Shown here one piece after another: positions 1 to 17,780 of a stretch of DNA of 64,000 bases. A program made the translations under genes and the position numbers. This DNA is from the human T2T-CHM13v2.0 reference genome, Homo sapiens. The notes under the pieces were generated by a model, which ran no database searches, had not been told where the DNA came from, and saw nothing but the letters and a program-made list of their open reading frames with translations. How positions within the stretch are numbered: the first letter of the stretch is position 1; every line of letters starts with the position of its first letter. The stretch lies in the NCBI RefSeq assembly GCF_009914755.1, contig NC_060939.1; one strand, given 5' to 3'.

Positions 1-3318
<3,318 letters not shown>

Positions 3319-3319
3319 C

Positions 3320-4440
3320 TTAGATAAAATAGGACAAAGTCCTTGTGGTTTTGGGTTGAGCAAACATTTCTTTGACATGACACCCAAAGAATGATCCATA
3401 GAATAAAATTTTCATATTTTTAACTTAATCAAAATCAATAATGCACTCTCTTTGAAAGGTACAGCTGAGAGAATGTAAAGGCAAGCCACATATAAGGAGA
3501 ACATATCTGCAAATCACATACCTGATAAAGGACTTGTAAGCAGAATATATAAAGACCTTTCAAAACTTGATAATAAGGAAACTACTAAAATTTTCAAATG
3601 AGCATACAGATGACAAATAAGACAAAAATAGTTGCCTAACATCAGTAGTGGTCATTGGGTAAATGCAAATTAAAACTACAGTAAGAAACCACTTACACAT
3701 CCATTAGACTAGACCCTCCATGTAAAAGACTGGCCCTTCCAAGTGTTGGCATGAGGTAGAGGACTAGAACCCTCATGCAATTCTGGTGAGAAATGGAAGA
3801 CAGTAGAATCACTTTGGAAAAACAGTTTGGCAATTTCTTAAAATGTTAAGCAATGACCTACTATATGATCCAGCAATTCTATTCTTTGGTATTTCTCTGA
3901 GATAAATTAAAGTCCATATAAAGACTTCTAGAAATATCCAAACCTGGAAACAACTCAAATGTCCATCAATAGATACATGAACACATTTCAGTACATCCAT
4001 AAAATAGACTACTTACTCACTACTGAAAAGGAATGAAAAATTGAGAGACATAACATCAATGAATAAAAAATAAGTAAGCGGAGTAAATGATGCAAAGCAA
4101 AGAACTATGCTATGGTTCCATTTATATAAAGTTCTAGAGAATATAAAATAATTTATATTAATAGAAAATAAATTAATATAAAGTTCTAGACAATATAAAA
4201 TAATTTATATTAACAGAAAATCAATTACTGTTGGCATGGGGGATGGAAGTGTGGGGAAGGACAAGAAGGAAGGGATTACAAGAGAGCATGAGCAGTCTTT
4301 TGGGGAGTGATGAATATGTGTATTATCTAGATTGTGCTGATGGTTCCACAAGTATACATGTAGGTCAAAACTTAACAAAACCGTATACTTTAAATATGTG
4401 CAATTTATTGTATGTCTATTATTCCTTAATAATCCTGCTT
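3320..4440 (+). mobile_element. Old L1M (L1MC/MD/ME-type) 3' fragment
   Basis: L1 3' motifs (atgcaaattaaaactaca, gaaaaacagtttggcaatttct, ccagcaattctattc) and an old-L1 terminus (tgtgcaatttattgtatgtc). Confidence 0.8.
4124..4227. repeat. Imperfect tandem duplication of about 52 bp
   Basis: atataaagttctaga(g/c)aatataaaataatttatattaa(t/c)agaaaat occurs twice in tandem. Confidence 0.9.
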
Positions 4441-4455
4441 AAATATCTCAAGAAA

Positions 4456-4761
<306 letters not shown>

Positions 4762-4901
4762 TTATTCCATTTTAGTAATTACTTCAGTGATATGACATTT
4801 CATAACATGACATGATATGAAAAATGTATGGATAGGATATAAACAGATGAAAACTCGAAGTAAATAAGCTGAAATCATAATGTAATATTGTAAGTAAATT
4901 A

Positions 4902-5234
<333 letters not shown>

Positions 5235-7939
5235 TTACCTACAATGAAAATCAATTGCTTTCCTAATACAAAACAATTTTGTTTAAGTACTACTCACACC
5301 ATAGATAATAAACTTGTGGGACTGTTGTTTTTAATCATAGAGCTGTTCACTACCAAAGAGGCCATGAAAAGTGAAGATATATTTTTAAAAAGATGCATGA
5401 CATGTTTAGCCCATAATTGAGGGATATTTTGGTACCATATGTCTAATTCTCTGAACTTTAAGCCCTGAACTCTATCCTGACCCTGTAGGACATAACACAT
5501 TTGCATACTTGTGGAGAAGCAGCATAACTTGACCCAGAGGGTCAGTTGGGGCTATTTTATAAATACTAATTTCCCCAAACTGGATATGATAATAGATGCA
5601 TGAAAAGCCAGATGGTGACAAAGTGGTGCAGCTGGGCACAAAACCCAACTCTTTTTTCCCCTTCCCCTTCAATTTAGAGGAATGTTGTATCTTAGAAAGA
5701 AGAGAAGCAAAAGATTTGGCCTTCATAGGAACTGAAGAACTGCAACTGGCTGGCTGCGTAACTCTAAGGGCATCACTTTACCTCTCAGAGCTTTGGTTCT
5801 TCTTCAGGACTGATACACCAACACTTGCGTTGGGAAGATCTGGTGGAGTCCTATGCGGAGGCACTGTGTATACTGTAGGGCCCAGTACAAAAGTGAGTTT
5901 ACTCCATGACCAATGTTCACTAGTAGGCTAGATCTGAGTCTTTAACCAGAATGGAGAGAATAGATTGTCAGAACGGAGAAAGCAAGCACAGACACAGTAT
6001 TCCTACTTTAGAACACAAAGGTTTGTATTCCTGGCAAGATTTTCTCCCTGTCTGACCATCAACACCTGTATCCTTCTTGCCTCTCGACCACAAGTTTTGT
6101 TTGTTCTCCTTGATGTGCTCCAGTGATTCCAACAGGCTTAAGAAAATGACGCTTCAGCATTGCAGCTTTCATTACCAATAGAACTGATATTTGCTAAATA
6201 AGGAAATGTTACATAGAGAGCAGTGTGATGAGTTGTGTCCTCAAAAAAATGCTTACAATGTTTATCAATCCTGTTTATCCACACTTTGATCTTGGGGTGA
6301 TATGGAAAAGAGATGTAAGTTAACAAATGACCCAAGCGTTATAAAAATCCTTCTACCGCTGGTAATAAGTTAACTGTGGTTTTATGTAACTATCAGATGT
6401 TGTCTGTAGGGCTTAATCTACCAGTGACAGAGAAAGCTCAACTAGTTTGTAAACCTTTTGGTTAGTGATGCAAGCCTTAAAACTGAAAATAAAATCAGTT
6501 GTCCATAGTTAAAGAACTCACTCCCTGCTCTTATAGAGTGTGGGTCACTCTGTTTCTCCATTACCAAAGCCCCCTGCCTCTCTTTTTCTGAGTCTGTAAC
6601 TCATCCATAAAAATTAATATAACCTGCATGTGGGATAAAAACTGAGATGAAATGGGCTTGTTGCTGCAGCTTCTGAAATACATTCTTTAGGCAAATCACC
6701 CATTTCCAGGAAGCAAAACTGCCTCTGCTTTGAATATTTCCCTTTGCTTTTTCTCAAACAATTGCTATTCACAAAAAATTAACATTGAGCTATTTGTTTA
6801 GGGATATTTATAAACATGACAACAGCTTCTAAACAGGAAGAAAAACAAAGAAAAATCAGACTTCCAGAAATGGGCTGTCTTTTTTCTTCATGAACATAAA
6901 AATATTGCCACATGTAGCTCTAAAGAGTGAAAATATATTTTGAGCCTATGCTATACATAGAGGAAGATGTCCTAAATTTTATATTTTTCCTCCCAAGCTT
7001 CAGGCTATGTTTCCAAGGTACAGTCAGCGTTGTAGATATATGAGAGAAAATAATTTCATAGCACGTGTATATCGTGAGTCATAACAAGAGGTGAACGGAC
7101 TATTTGTTTCAGACTTATCCTAAAACCATCCTCAGAGGAAGGGCATCTGCCCCAGTGTGCAATTAACAAAGTCCTTTGCAATCCTGTCTCCAATGTCCCA
7201 GGTGCAATGACTACATATCAAGGCTACACACAACACTGAGTTCATTGTTTCTTATTGTTTATCTGTATGGAGGAAACCTTATGTGTGGTAAAAGAAAGAC
7301 TGGAAATTTATTTTTAACAGAGATAGGGATAAATCTATGCTGCTTTAATTGGCCTCCTCCAAAGAGACTTAGATCAGACGAAACATCTGGCATGCTGGGA
7401 GATTGCTGTATTGTATTTGTAGCCAATTTTCTTGTTGGGTAGACGGACACTCAGGAAGTGTTTGAAAAATCCAAAGCCTTCCTGTATAAACTGAGTAGTC
7501 CCTAATCCAGACATCTATAACTGAAGGGCTAATCTACAAATCAGTTTTAAAACTCTGGTACAAAAATGATTTGATTTCCAGTTCACTATTTATGCAACGA
7601 CATCACTAAAAACTAAACAACATGTAGCAAACCACAGAGTATAGCTCTAGGAATTGTTATTATGCTGGGATAATGCAGAGAAATGCAGCCAGGAAGTCCC
7701 AAAAAGCAAATATCAGGCTCAAGTTACCATTCTAATGACTTTCCAAATGGTTTCATCATAGGTTGATTGTTTTGAAACAACTAGAACCTTTTATATTCTA
7801 CTTCCAAATGCCTGAAAGAACAAGAGACTGAGGATTCATTGCTGAAAAGCTCCAGAATATATGGGAGAAGAGATTTTTTAATTCTGCCTCTCCTATGGCC
7901 CTGTGACCATTTTGGCCTTCACTTCTGTGTTTGAGTCAA

Positions 7940-8300
7940 TGACTTAGCTCACGGGGGTTGCTATAACAAAATACCGTAAACTGGACAGACTATAGACAAC
8001 AGAAATGTATTTCTCTCAGTTCCGGAAACTGGAAATCTTAAGAGCAAGGCACTGGCAGATTCAGTCTGCGGAGGACTCCCTTCCTGGTTCATAGACAACT
8101 GTCATCCCACTGTGTCCTCACGTGGTGGAAGGGGCAAATGAGCTCTCTTAGGTCTCTGTTATTAGGGCACTAATCCCATTCATAAGAGCTCCACTCCCAT
8201 GACCTAATCACCTTCCAAGGCCCCACCTCCTAATACCATCACTTTGGTGACCGATGTCAATATACAAATTTTGGAGGACACACACATTCGGAATGTAACA
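7940..8300 (-). mobile_element. MLT1A-type MaLR solo LTR
   Basis: gctataacaaaatacc...ggcactaatcccattcat...ccccacctcctaataccatcac...cacacacattc. TG..CA ends. Flanks gtcaa/gtcag (TSD-like). Confidence 0.85.
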
Positions 8301-8786
8301 GTCAGGATCTCAATACACTATGCAATAGCACAGAAAAGCCATCTCCTCATACTTCCCAATTCTTCCTTTTCTGGGATCGGCCAATTAATATGCATTCAGT
8401 CTACGTTTATGGAGCATCACGGTGTTCAATGCCCATGCTAGGTTCTGGTGAAATGTATAGACAAGGAAGTCTTGATTCTTAACAGTATATAAGCCAACTA
8501 AGAAGGAAACTTTATTGCTTGCTATACAGTGATCCTTAAAAAAAAAAAAAAGGAATGGTATATTTTTATGGATGAGGTACAATGCTCAGGATCCTGTGAG
8601 ATGCTGTCCACATCATACAAGGGTGGAAAAATAACTCCATTTATGGTAGCACATGACTCAGCATATGAAGTTTACTGAGTTAGGCAAGGTTTTATAGTAA
8701 TGGCTGACGGTATTGGTTATTTTCTCCATTCACATAATAAGTGGAGATGCTGCCTTCCCATCCCACAAAGATCTGACTTCCACCTA

Positions 8787-9170
<384 letters not shown>

Positions 9171-10764
9171 TCACTCTTTCATTGAGGTTTGCTTTGACCC
9201 AACTATGTTTACTTGTTTTAAATATCAATAACTAAGCAATCTGTAAATTGCATTTTAAGATACACTCCTATTTCTATTCATCTGATGTGTAAAATGATGC
9301 TATTTGTGACTAAATGATAAACCCTGAAACGTAATTTTAAAATTAAATTAATATTAAGGGGATGTTAGTGTTATGGTCACTGCAGAATCACCTTGGAAAG
9401 GAGATTCTGCAAATGAAATTCTCAGATGAATGATTTGAACTAGAAACTCTATAAAAATGCCACTCTTTCTTGCAATTCTAAACTAAATGACTTTTCCAGA
9501 AGATTGGTCAGTACCCATGATGAAAAGAGAAAGCTAGGAAATATTTAAGTAAAGAGGAAATTTTCTGTATTACAAAATATATGGAGGCTGTAATGTCAGT
9601 AAAGGAAAATAACCATGAAAATTTGATTCTGGGTAGCACAACTGTGAAGAATTTTATTGGAATTTTCCGAGGTCCTGGAGTTAAAGGATTTTTTCATTTA
9701 CTATATGAAGACTGTGTAATCATATAGATTACAAGTATGAATCTTGCAGATATGGACATAGGCAAGAGATATCAGAACTTTAGCATCTGGTAGAAAGCCT
9801 TCAAAGAAGACCAAGGCAGGAGGAGTTGTGGCTCTTATACTGCTGAATGAATTTGGGAAAATAAGAAAACCTTTTTGCACTCCATTTCTTCTATCCACCA
9901 TAAGAATGTAATGAAGTCATCCCCAGGAATGGTAATGTGCAGTATAATTCATTATCAACATTATTAAATCATAGCTTTACCTGAATTCAATAAATTTCAA
10001 AGACGATTATAAAGCTTTCTCGGTGAATATGACCAGCCACGAGGTGAGAAAAGACATTTGGGTGTGTTTCTCAAATGTTCATAACAACATTTTCTCTATA
10101 GTAGCCAATTTCATTTATGGGGTGGTGTAGCAAGGACCTCTCAACCAAAGATTGCCTCATCAAAACTTGAGATACTTTACAATAGCCAACACTCTCAGAA
10201 TGAGACCCATTATTTGTGGAGAACAGATGCCCTTCATCACTCTAGCAACTGGGTTAATATCATCAGCTCCAACTCTTTCCAGCCAATGTAAATCCATCAT
10301 CAAGCTTTGGCGACCAGAAAAGAAACAAGCAGAAAAACCATTTGCCAGGATGATTTAAGGCCTGGCATTTAGAAGTTCCTCATTCAATTGCTCTCTTGAT
10401 GTGGCTCTTGGCCCTTCCTCTTCTTGAAGAAAGCCCTCATATATTCACTCACAAATGGCCTACATGTGGGGATGCACAAAAACAAAGCAGAGAGATGTTC
10501 TTTTCAAGACTGGAATTGCTTAAGGGTGATGAACCATTGCTTAAGGAACATCCAGCATGGTCCTTAAAAGGATGACACTGAGCAGGCAAAGGATCCCAGC
10601 ATATCCAAATGATGAGTGCAGCTCTGTATTTAGGTCCTGCTTTCATGATGGTAAATACTTGAGCAAAAACTGTAAAGGCAGCCAGGCATTTAGATATTTG
10701 GAGTTCGTCAATGACTAAGCAGCCTAGAAAACTGATTTTTTTTTTCCACAAGTATATCTTACAA

Positions 10765-11082
10765 CAGTGTTCCCCAACACCAGGGACCGGTTTTGTGGAC
10801 AGGGGCTGGGAGGCGGAATGGATTAGAGATGAAACTGTTCCACTTCAGATCATCAAGCATTAGTTAGATCCTCATAAGGAGCACACAACCTAGACCCCTC
10901 ACATGTGCAGTTCACAATAGGGTTTGCGCTCCTATGAGCATCTAATGTCACTACTGTCTGACAGGAGACGGAGCTCAGGCGGTCATGCTTACTCACCCAT
11001 TGCTCACCTCCTGCTGTGTGGCCCAGTTCCTAATGGGCCATGGACCAGTACTGATCCAGGGCCTGGGGGTTATGGATCCCTG
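10765..11082 (+). mobile_element. MER1B (hAT-Charlie non-autonomous DNA transposon)
   Basis: gatgaaactgttccacttcagatcatc and gtgcagttcacaatagggtttgcgctcctatgag. CAG..CTG ends. Perfect 8-bp TSD tcttacaa at 10757-10764 and 11083-11090. Confidence 0.92.
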
Positions 11083-12077
11083 TCTTACAACATATAGACC
11101 CAAATTGAATCTAAACTTGTTCTACAGAAGCTGATGAACCAAAAGATAATGTTGTAGCAGATATTTTGGGACAGAGAAGTCAATTGACACGGAGTGTCTT
11201 CAGTGACTTACCACGGAGAATGCAGAGAGTGAGGAAGCCTCCAAGGTTATATATCTAAGTTCTTCTATTACAAAGGAAAGGACTGAAGCCGAAGAGGGCA
11301 TTTGCCCTTTGATAGAGCTGGTGGGCAGGACTAGAACCCAGACCTTCCCTCAGGCTCAGTGCTCCCTTTATTTCACCTGCCACATTCAAGGTGAGTGCGG
11401 CACTTCCACTGCCCAAGTATTGTTATATTCCTGTGCTATTTTGATAACCTTCAGGCACTGTGCATTCAGAGGCCACATCTCCATTATCCAGTAGCAAATA
11501 CCCAGTGCTTCACATAGTATAGGGCAGCCTATTGATAAAGTAGCTACAGGTTTTAGTTAAATGGAATTAAATTTAACTGGAAAACAGCTTTAATAACCAA
11601 TAACAACAACAAAACAACCATGACACTAGCACATGCTTATAAAATGCCTACTATGAGCAAGGCATCATTGGAAGCACTTTATGTACATTAACTTGAGTTA
11701 ATGTTAATAATAACCCCATGAGACAGGTTAGCACCATTACTGACATGGGAAGGGCATTGATTTTCATTATTAAGATCACGACCAATGCATTGTGCAATCA
11801 ATCGTGAAAAGAGAGTTCTTAACCCTGAGCCTGCTCATTGCCACTGTGCAGCAAGACCGGTCAATCTGGGGCAGGCGGGCTCAACCCAATCTTGGACAAT
11901 TGACTACACCATATTTGGGAAGTTATTTGAATAGAAAGCATTTTAATTATATACATTTTAAAAGATAATTCAGGCAAATCTGGAAACACCCTAGGTTGGG
12001 AAAGCCTCACAAGCCGCAAGGTGGCCCTGGAAAGTCCGGCTGAGCCTGCTGTTATTTGGCATTTGTAGTTTGAAGAT

Positions 12078-12415
12078 TACTGTGGACTGAATGTTTGTGT
12101 CTCTCCAAAATCCGTATGTTGAATCCCTAATTTCCAGTGTGGCTGGATTTGAAGATGGAGCCTTTAAGGGTGAGGCCCTGATACAATAGGATTAGTGTCC
12201 TTATAAGAAGACATGCCAGAGCTCTCTCTCTCTCTCTCTCTCTGCAAACAGTGAGGAAGTCCCTTGTGAGGACACAATGAGAAGGTGGTGGCCACTTATA
12301 AGCGAGGCAGGAAGCCCTCACCAGAAACAGAATGAACTATGAGAAAAATTATTTCTGCTGTTTAAGCCACCCAGTTTACCGTATTTCCTTCTCTCAGGCT
12401 GAGCTGACTAATACA
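12078..12415 (+). mobile_element. MLT1A-type MaLR solo LTR with internal (CT)n
   Basis: tgtggactgaatgtttgtgtc...ggattagtgtccttataaga...tttaagccacccagt...gactaataca. Confidence 0.85.
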
Positions 12416-13936
12416 AGAGTTTTGTCTGTTTGTTGTTCTGAGAAGTGGGGGAAGAGTGAGCAACCTCTCCCTGACGTGCTTCCAGCCTGCATCATTGCCC
12501 CCGCATTGTGTTCGCAGCCACCCTGAGGCTGGCATTTGCAGCAAGATGAAGGCATCCAAATAGCCAAGTTCTGCCATCCAGGAAAGGCCAGAACAGGCTT
12601 GCTTTGCTTTCTTGCACCCATTGCCTCACAGTGTGGCTGTAAGGTTTAAATTAAGTAACACCTGCAGAGCCCTCAGCACAAAGCCTGGCATAGAACTATA
12701 AATGGCAGTGGCTGTTGGAAGAGGCTGTGGAATACGTGGCTGAGGACATATAAAGCTTTGATAGAAACTTGAAATTGAGTGCAGGCCTCTCATTCCCCCG
12801 ACCTTCTCATTAAGTAAGTCATTCATCCCTCAGAACCTCGGTCTCTTCATCTGTAAAATGCCCACACTATCTATTGCTTGTGGCTCTTGGGACACTGTAT
12901 CACTCCCTGGCTTCTTTAGATGGAGGTGACTTTCTAGAGGGAGAGGAGGCTTACAGGGTGGATAAGATTCCCAGACTGCGGCTGATGTTCTATATTTTTG
13001 GCTTTGGAAAGAGGTGGGGTGGAGAACACCAGATCTCCTAGGCCCTGCAAAAGGCTCAACTGTGAGGCCTAAGCTGGGCAGAGGTTGTGGCGGTTCTGAA
13101 AGAGCACACTCAGGCCTTTCTGGAGGGATCTCCCTCAATTTAGGGAGCAGAACACTGGGCTAGGACTCTGGGAACTGAGCCCTGGGAAATGCAGGTAACT
13201 AGCCCCTGCAGGTCTCCACAGCTTCACCTTTAAAGGAGGGTAAAACATGATGATTTCTCAGGGCTCCTGTATCCTGTAGTTGTAAAGAGTGCATTCTTTT
13301 TTTATTGAATTCTACATTAGTAAAATGTGAACACAGGGTGATTTTATTCTGTGCACTTAGTCAGCATGATTTGTATTCCACAGCCTAAGTCCCTCACAGC
13401 AAGGTTGATGTGTGTTTAGACTGCAATAACCAAGTGCTTTTATATTTTATAAAAGCCAAATTAATGATGAAAACTCACTAACGGTACTTTTCCTTTTTTC
13501 AATTCAAAGAAAATTGGATTCTTCACGTGTGTAGTTAAGTAGCTCACCTCCATTAGGAAGGGGGGCTTATTGGAAATCCAGAGAAAGTGTTACAATCAGG
13601 AGGAAATTTTAGTAGAAGAAACCAAAAGACCATTACCAAAGCTTGCAAACAATGCACCTAGCATAGCTCACTCAGGGTGTAGTGTTCCTCAAAGTGAAAA
13701 TCCCAAAGCCAGAAAAGGCCACCTGAGGTCCCACAGTGAGAAGCTGAGCCACAAACACAATCCCAACAGGAGAAGAAAAATTACTCCCTAGACTGTAAGC
13801 TGCTTAGAGTCAGGATTTTGTCTTTCTGTTTATTGTTGAGTCCCCAACTACTAGAAGACTGAGTCATTGCACATTGAATGAATGGAAAAGTGACCCATTC
13901 ATATTCTGGTGCCTATTCTTCAAGAATTAGACCAAT

Positions 13937-13977
13937 GATAGATACATAGGTAGATGAGAGATGATAGACAGAGAGAT

Positions 13978-14042
<65 letters not shown>

Positions 14043-14146
14043 AGACAGGATAAGATACATAGAGAGATGATAAATGACAGCTACAGGCATGTTTATGTCT
14101 GTATCTATCCACCATCTATATCTATCTATCCATCTGTCTGTCTGTC

Positions 14147-14183
<37 letters not shown>

Positions 14184-14194
14184 TCATCTATCTA
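13937..14194. repeat. Compound tetranucleotide STR: (GATA)13 at 13978-14029 and inverted (TCTA)9 at 14147-14182, with degenerate flanks
   Basis: Read directly from the sequence. Confidence 0.97.
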
Positions 14195-14204
14195 GAGAGA
14201 AAGA

Positions 14205-14624
14205 CAGAGGAAACATTCAATATAAGATTTAATGGCTCTGTTTCTTCCATAGCCCACTTGTTTCTTTCCTTGTAGACTGTGAGTATTTTCCTGCTGAGGA
14301 CTTAGGTTCAGATTTGAAGTGGCCAATTGGTACCTTTCCCCTTAAGCTCCTTTCTGACTTCTCACAGCTTGGGGAGCTTGAATCAAAGCTTAGAGAATTT
14401 GTTTCTTCCGTAACAGAGGTCTTGTGTACAAGGTCTTGAGTCTTACTGAGGAGAGAGGCCTCTTCCCAGAAAAAGCATCTTTGCAGCATGACTCTCTGAG
14501 TGTAGGGAGTCTGTGTGGACACCAGACTGCATTGTCCATGGTGTCAATATCACGGTCAGCCTTGTCAACTGCATTCCCAACCACATTCTTCACCAATCTA
14601 GAACTCCTGCCTTCTTACAAGATT
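14205..14624 (-). other. Candidate non-coding exon: internal 14624-14447, or terminal ending near ATTAAA at 14233-14228
   Basis: Minus strand reads TACTGAC branch point, tctttttctgtcttctcttccCAG acceptor, possible donor TCA|GTAAGA, then ATTAAA followed by a U-rich tract. No expression data. Confidence 0.3.
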
Positions 14625-14849
14625 CTGGGAAGAGAAGACAGAAAAAGACCCAAGTCAGTAGCACACTCTTGCCTTGCCTATACCCTGGGAGCAAATGGAC
14701 TTGTGATGTTTTTGCCTTCTGGTGCTATCTGTTGTTCTCCAAGGGATGAGAATGGGTTCCAGGTGGTCATCGAAAATTTTCACAGCCAACAATCAAATAT
14801 CCTTCTTATGAGAAGACATTTTCAGGCCAGACTTATGTGCCAAGCTCAT

Positions 14850-15650
14850 GTCAACCTGTCCAAATACCTACTCAGTAGTCAAATAAATATTTATATTCAA
14901 AATAAAACTCACCCTCTCCTCCCTGCCAGACCAATGCCTGCATATCCTATCTCATCAAATGCACCATTCACCATCCAACAATTGCCTTGGATAGAAATAG
15001 GGTGTCCTTAGAATCTCTCCTCTCTTTCACTCATCATCAGCTCCAAGCCCTGTAGCTTCAGCCTCCGAAAAACTACATGGACCCATCTCCACTACCACCA
15101 CAATGGTGTAGGTCCTCCTCTCTGCTCACCTGGAAGAATGAAACAGCACCCCACCTGCTTCCTGCCTCCATGATACCTACAACATAACTCTGGTTAGGGC
15201 CTTCAGAGGTGGCTCTTGTTTCTCAAGGCACCATTCAAACCTTTGATGTAGCTCCTGCCTTCTGCACCAGCCTCATCTTCCTCCCGTTTTTGCAATCCCT
15301 CCAACACTCACTTCCCTGGGCTTTCCCGGATGCTTACTGCTGCCTGAGCACACTTTTTCCATCCTTAGCTGGACTCCTGAGCTCAAATTTTAACCAAGCT
15401 CAAGTTTGCCAAGTGCTTCCCACTCTGGGAGGTGCTTGAGGGTCTGTGCCTCTGATTTTATTTTGAAGTGTGCCTGGCACCCAATTCTCACCAATCTCAC
15501 GGTAACTACCTTGCCACACTCTCATTTCTGTGTCTCTTCCAGAGTAGGGGCACGTCTTACTCCGCATTATAATCCTGGCACCCAGCACCATGCTTGCCCT
15601 ATTAAGAAGTCAGTGTTTCCTAAACATCTATTGAATAAATGAGTGACTGG
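14850..15650 (+). mobile_element. L2 LINE 3' remnant(s)
   Basis: L2-like pyrimidine-rich tracts (ctcatcaaatgcaccattcaccatcc, ccaagccctgtagcttcagcctcc) ending cctggcacccagcac...taaacatctattgaataaatgagtga. Confidence 0.7.
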
Positions 15651-16435
15651 ATCCTGAGGAATGCATGCCGTGGGGCTTTGAATTCTCTTTGTTTCTCCTA
15701 CAGTTTTACAGCTTAGAGAGTTTGTCTCTTCCCTAGCCAGAGTGGACTCTTCCCTGCAGGGTAGGTGGTTTGCCAGGCTCTCCCGGGCTGTTCCGAGGAT
15801 GACATTTAGCCTCACATGGAAGAAGGTGAAAAAAAATCAGGCAGTTTCAATCCTGCAAAACATCAGTGACAACTCATGGTAGAAGTTTATAACTGTGTTG
15901 AGGTGTTATTCGGTTGCCAGGACTTGGAAAAGAAACGAGCAAACAAAGGCACCAAACGAGGTGTGGTGTGAGGAGAGGCATGTCATTCCCGAGAAACAGC
16001 CCCCACGCTGGCTGGGAAGGGGAATGCAGAAAGCAGCAACAGCTCCCACCGGAGGCCCCCTCTGACCCAGGAGAGAAGGCTTGGCCTTAAATCAAAAAGA
16101 CATCCTGATGAGATGGGGTAAGTAGAACAGATGGGGGAGGGCTGTCAGGAAAAAAAAAAAATCGGTTCATCCAGGACAAGGGAGATGGAGAGGGGCCAGG
16201 AGCTGGGATGCAGCAGAACTGGAGCCCTGGGGTCCAGTGACTTGTCAGCGTCAAAGAGGCCAGAGGGAGGCACTGCTTCAGGGCAGCCCTGCTGGAGGGA
16301 TACACGGTTTCTCTCCTGCATATCAGAAGCCAAGCGCGTAACCTTAAACATACACAATGAAAATTATTTGGAGAAACTCTAATTTCAGCAAAAATCTAAT
16401 CTAATCTACTATACAAAACATTGCACAGGCAATGT

Positions 16436-16457
16436 GGAAAGGTAACAGGTAAGGTTA
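16436..16457 (+). repeat. 22-bp dispersed direct repeat, copy 1 (copy 2 at 17781-17802)
   Basis: ggaaaggtaacaggtaaggtta is identical at both sites. Confidence 0.95.
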
Positions 16458-16479
16458 CTGTGTTTCTTGTTAATCAAAG

Positions 16480-16700
16480 TAAAGAGGGACTTTAGGTCAA
16501 GGCTGGTTCATTCCCCCGCTCCATCACTGACTTCCTGTGGACTTTGGGTTCACAATAAACTGCTCAATATTTTGGCCTCAGTTTCCTCATCTGTGAAATG
16601 GTACCGTTTGCTCACATCCCAGATAATATATGTGGTGGAAGATAATATATGAGGTGGAAAGGAGGATGGATAGGTGCAAATACTTTTTGTAACCTGAAAT
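16480..16700 (+). mobile_element. MIR
   Basis: MIR core gcctcagtttcctcatctgtgaaatgg at about 16576-16601. Confidence 0.7.
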
Positions 16701-17031
16701 AAACTGTACAGATGTGTTAAAAAGATAAATGCATATGTGCAATTTGGGCAAAAGTCTCCAAGCATGTATAAAACCAGCATTTGGTCAAATGTATAAGAGA
16801 GGAAGAGTGCAAAAAACAAGAAGAGGTCCAAGGGAATGATAGGCTGGGAGGAAAATGGGGAGGGACACCTCCTTCAGGCCTGGGTCCTGGAGATGGGTAG
16901 AGGAGCTTGGCTGTTCTAAAAGCATTTGACTCAAGCCCATGGGAATTCCCCCTGGTCCTAGGGTCAGCACTTCTTGAAACCATTCCAAGTCCTATGTGCC
17001 AGCAGGACAGAATAGCCCTCTTCCAAAGATG

Positions 17032-17104
17032 CACACCTTATTGCATGAAAATGAAGTTTCCAGCTCAGCATACCAGACAGTAATTAATCTAATTAACAAT
17101 TATT
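17032..17104 (+). repeat. 73-bp dispersed direct repeat, copy 1
   Basis: 71/73 identical to 19269-19341. Confidence 0.97.
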
Positions 17105-17780
17105 CGTTTTATTCCCCCACACCATTAGACAAGCCCACCCACCCCCCACCAACTCAACAGCAATGCCAATGAATAGCTTCAAAAGAAGTCAATATACCAA
17201 GTTGATGAGAAAGGCCTTCAAGGCAACCTCAGTGCTATTGCTCGTCCCTCTGAGCCAGCTCTGAATTGATGCCGGATAAGAAGGCTGGAAAAGCCAAGCC
17301 TGCTTCCTTTTAGCCTAACACCCTCTCTTCTTTCAGTCTCTTCTTTCCGGCAAACCTAGGTCCTCACCCTAGGTCATTAACAATGTCTTAGCACGTCTTA
17401 CAAAAGGAGAGATATTAGGTTCTGGCTATATTTCAACCTACGTAATTGCACTCTCCCTAGCAAGGTCGTTCCTTAAAAAGACAGTCATTACAGCAACTTG
17501 GATACTCCCTCCCACCAATTCTTCCCACCTCAAAGAAAAAGTAATGATTCTTCCTGGGATTTTGGCCAGAAGCCAGTTCTGGCCAATTTGATTTCACCCG
17601 CCCCAAAAGCTTTTCCAGGACCTTGGGCAGCAGAGCTGCTTCATGTTTCATAGGTCATGGGTTCAAATGCCACGGAGGTGGTGCTTTCAATAAGACCTCT
17701 GTTAACGTTCAGGTGGTGGGTAATGGGCCTGGGAACTCTTTCTTCACCCTCCTTTCTTTGCCTCTACAATTTTCTTGCTG

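Noticed and set aside
10050-10480. Possible decayed coding remnant
   Set aside because: The frames I translated gave no recognisable protein family.
11354-11396. Plus-strand micro-exon ending AAG|GTGAGT
   Set aside because: Good donor, but the acceptor is weak and lies in MIR-like sequence; no supporting context.
14424-15011. Longest ORF in the track (195 aa)
   Set aside because: Non-ATG start, no recognisable domain, and it runs into an L2 remnant; consistent with chance.
17625-17685. tRNA B-box-like ggtcatgggttcaaatgccac
   Set aside because: No A-box, cloverleaf or acceptor stem; at most a tRNA-derived SINE relic.
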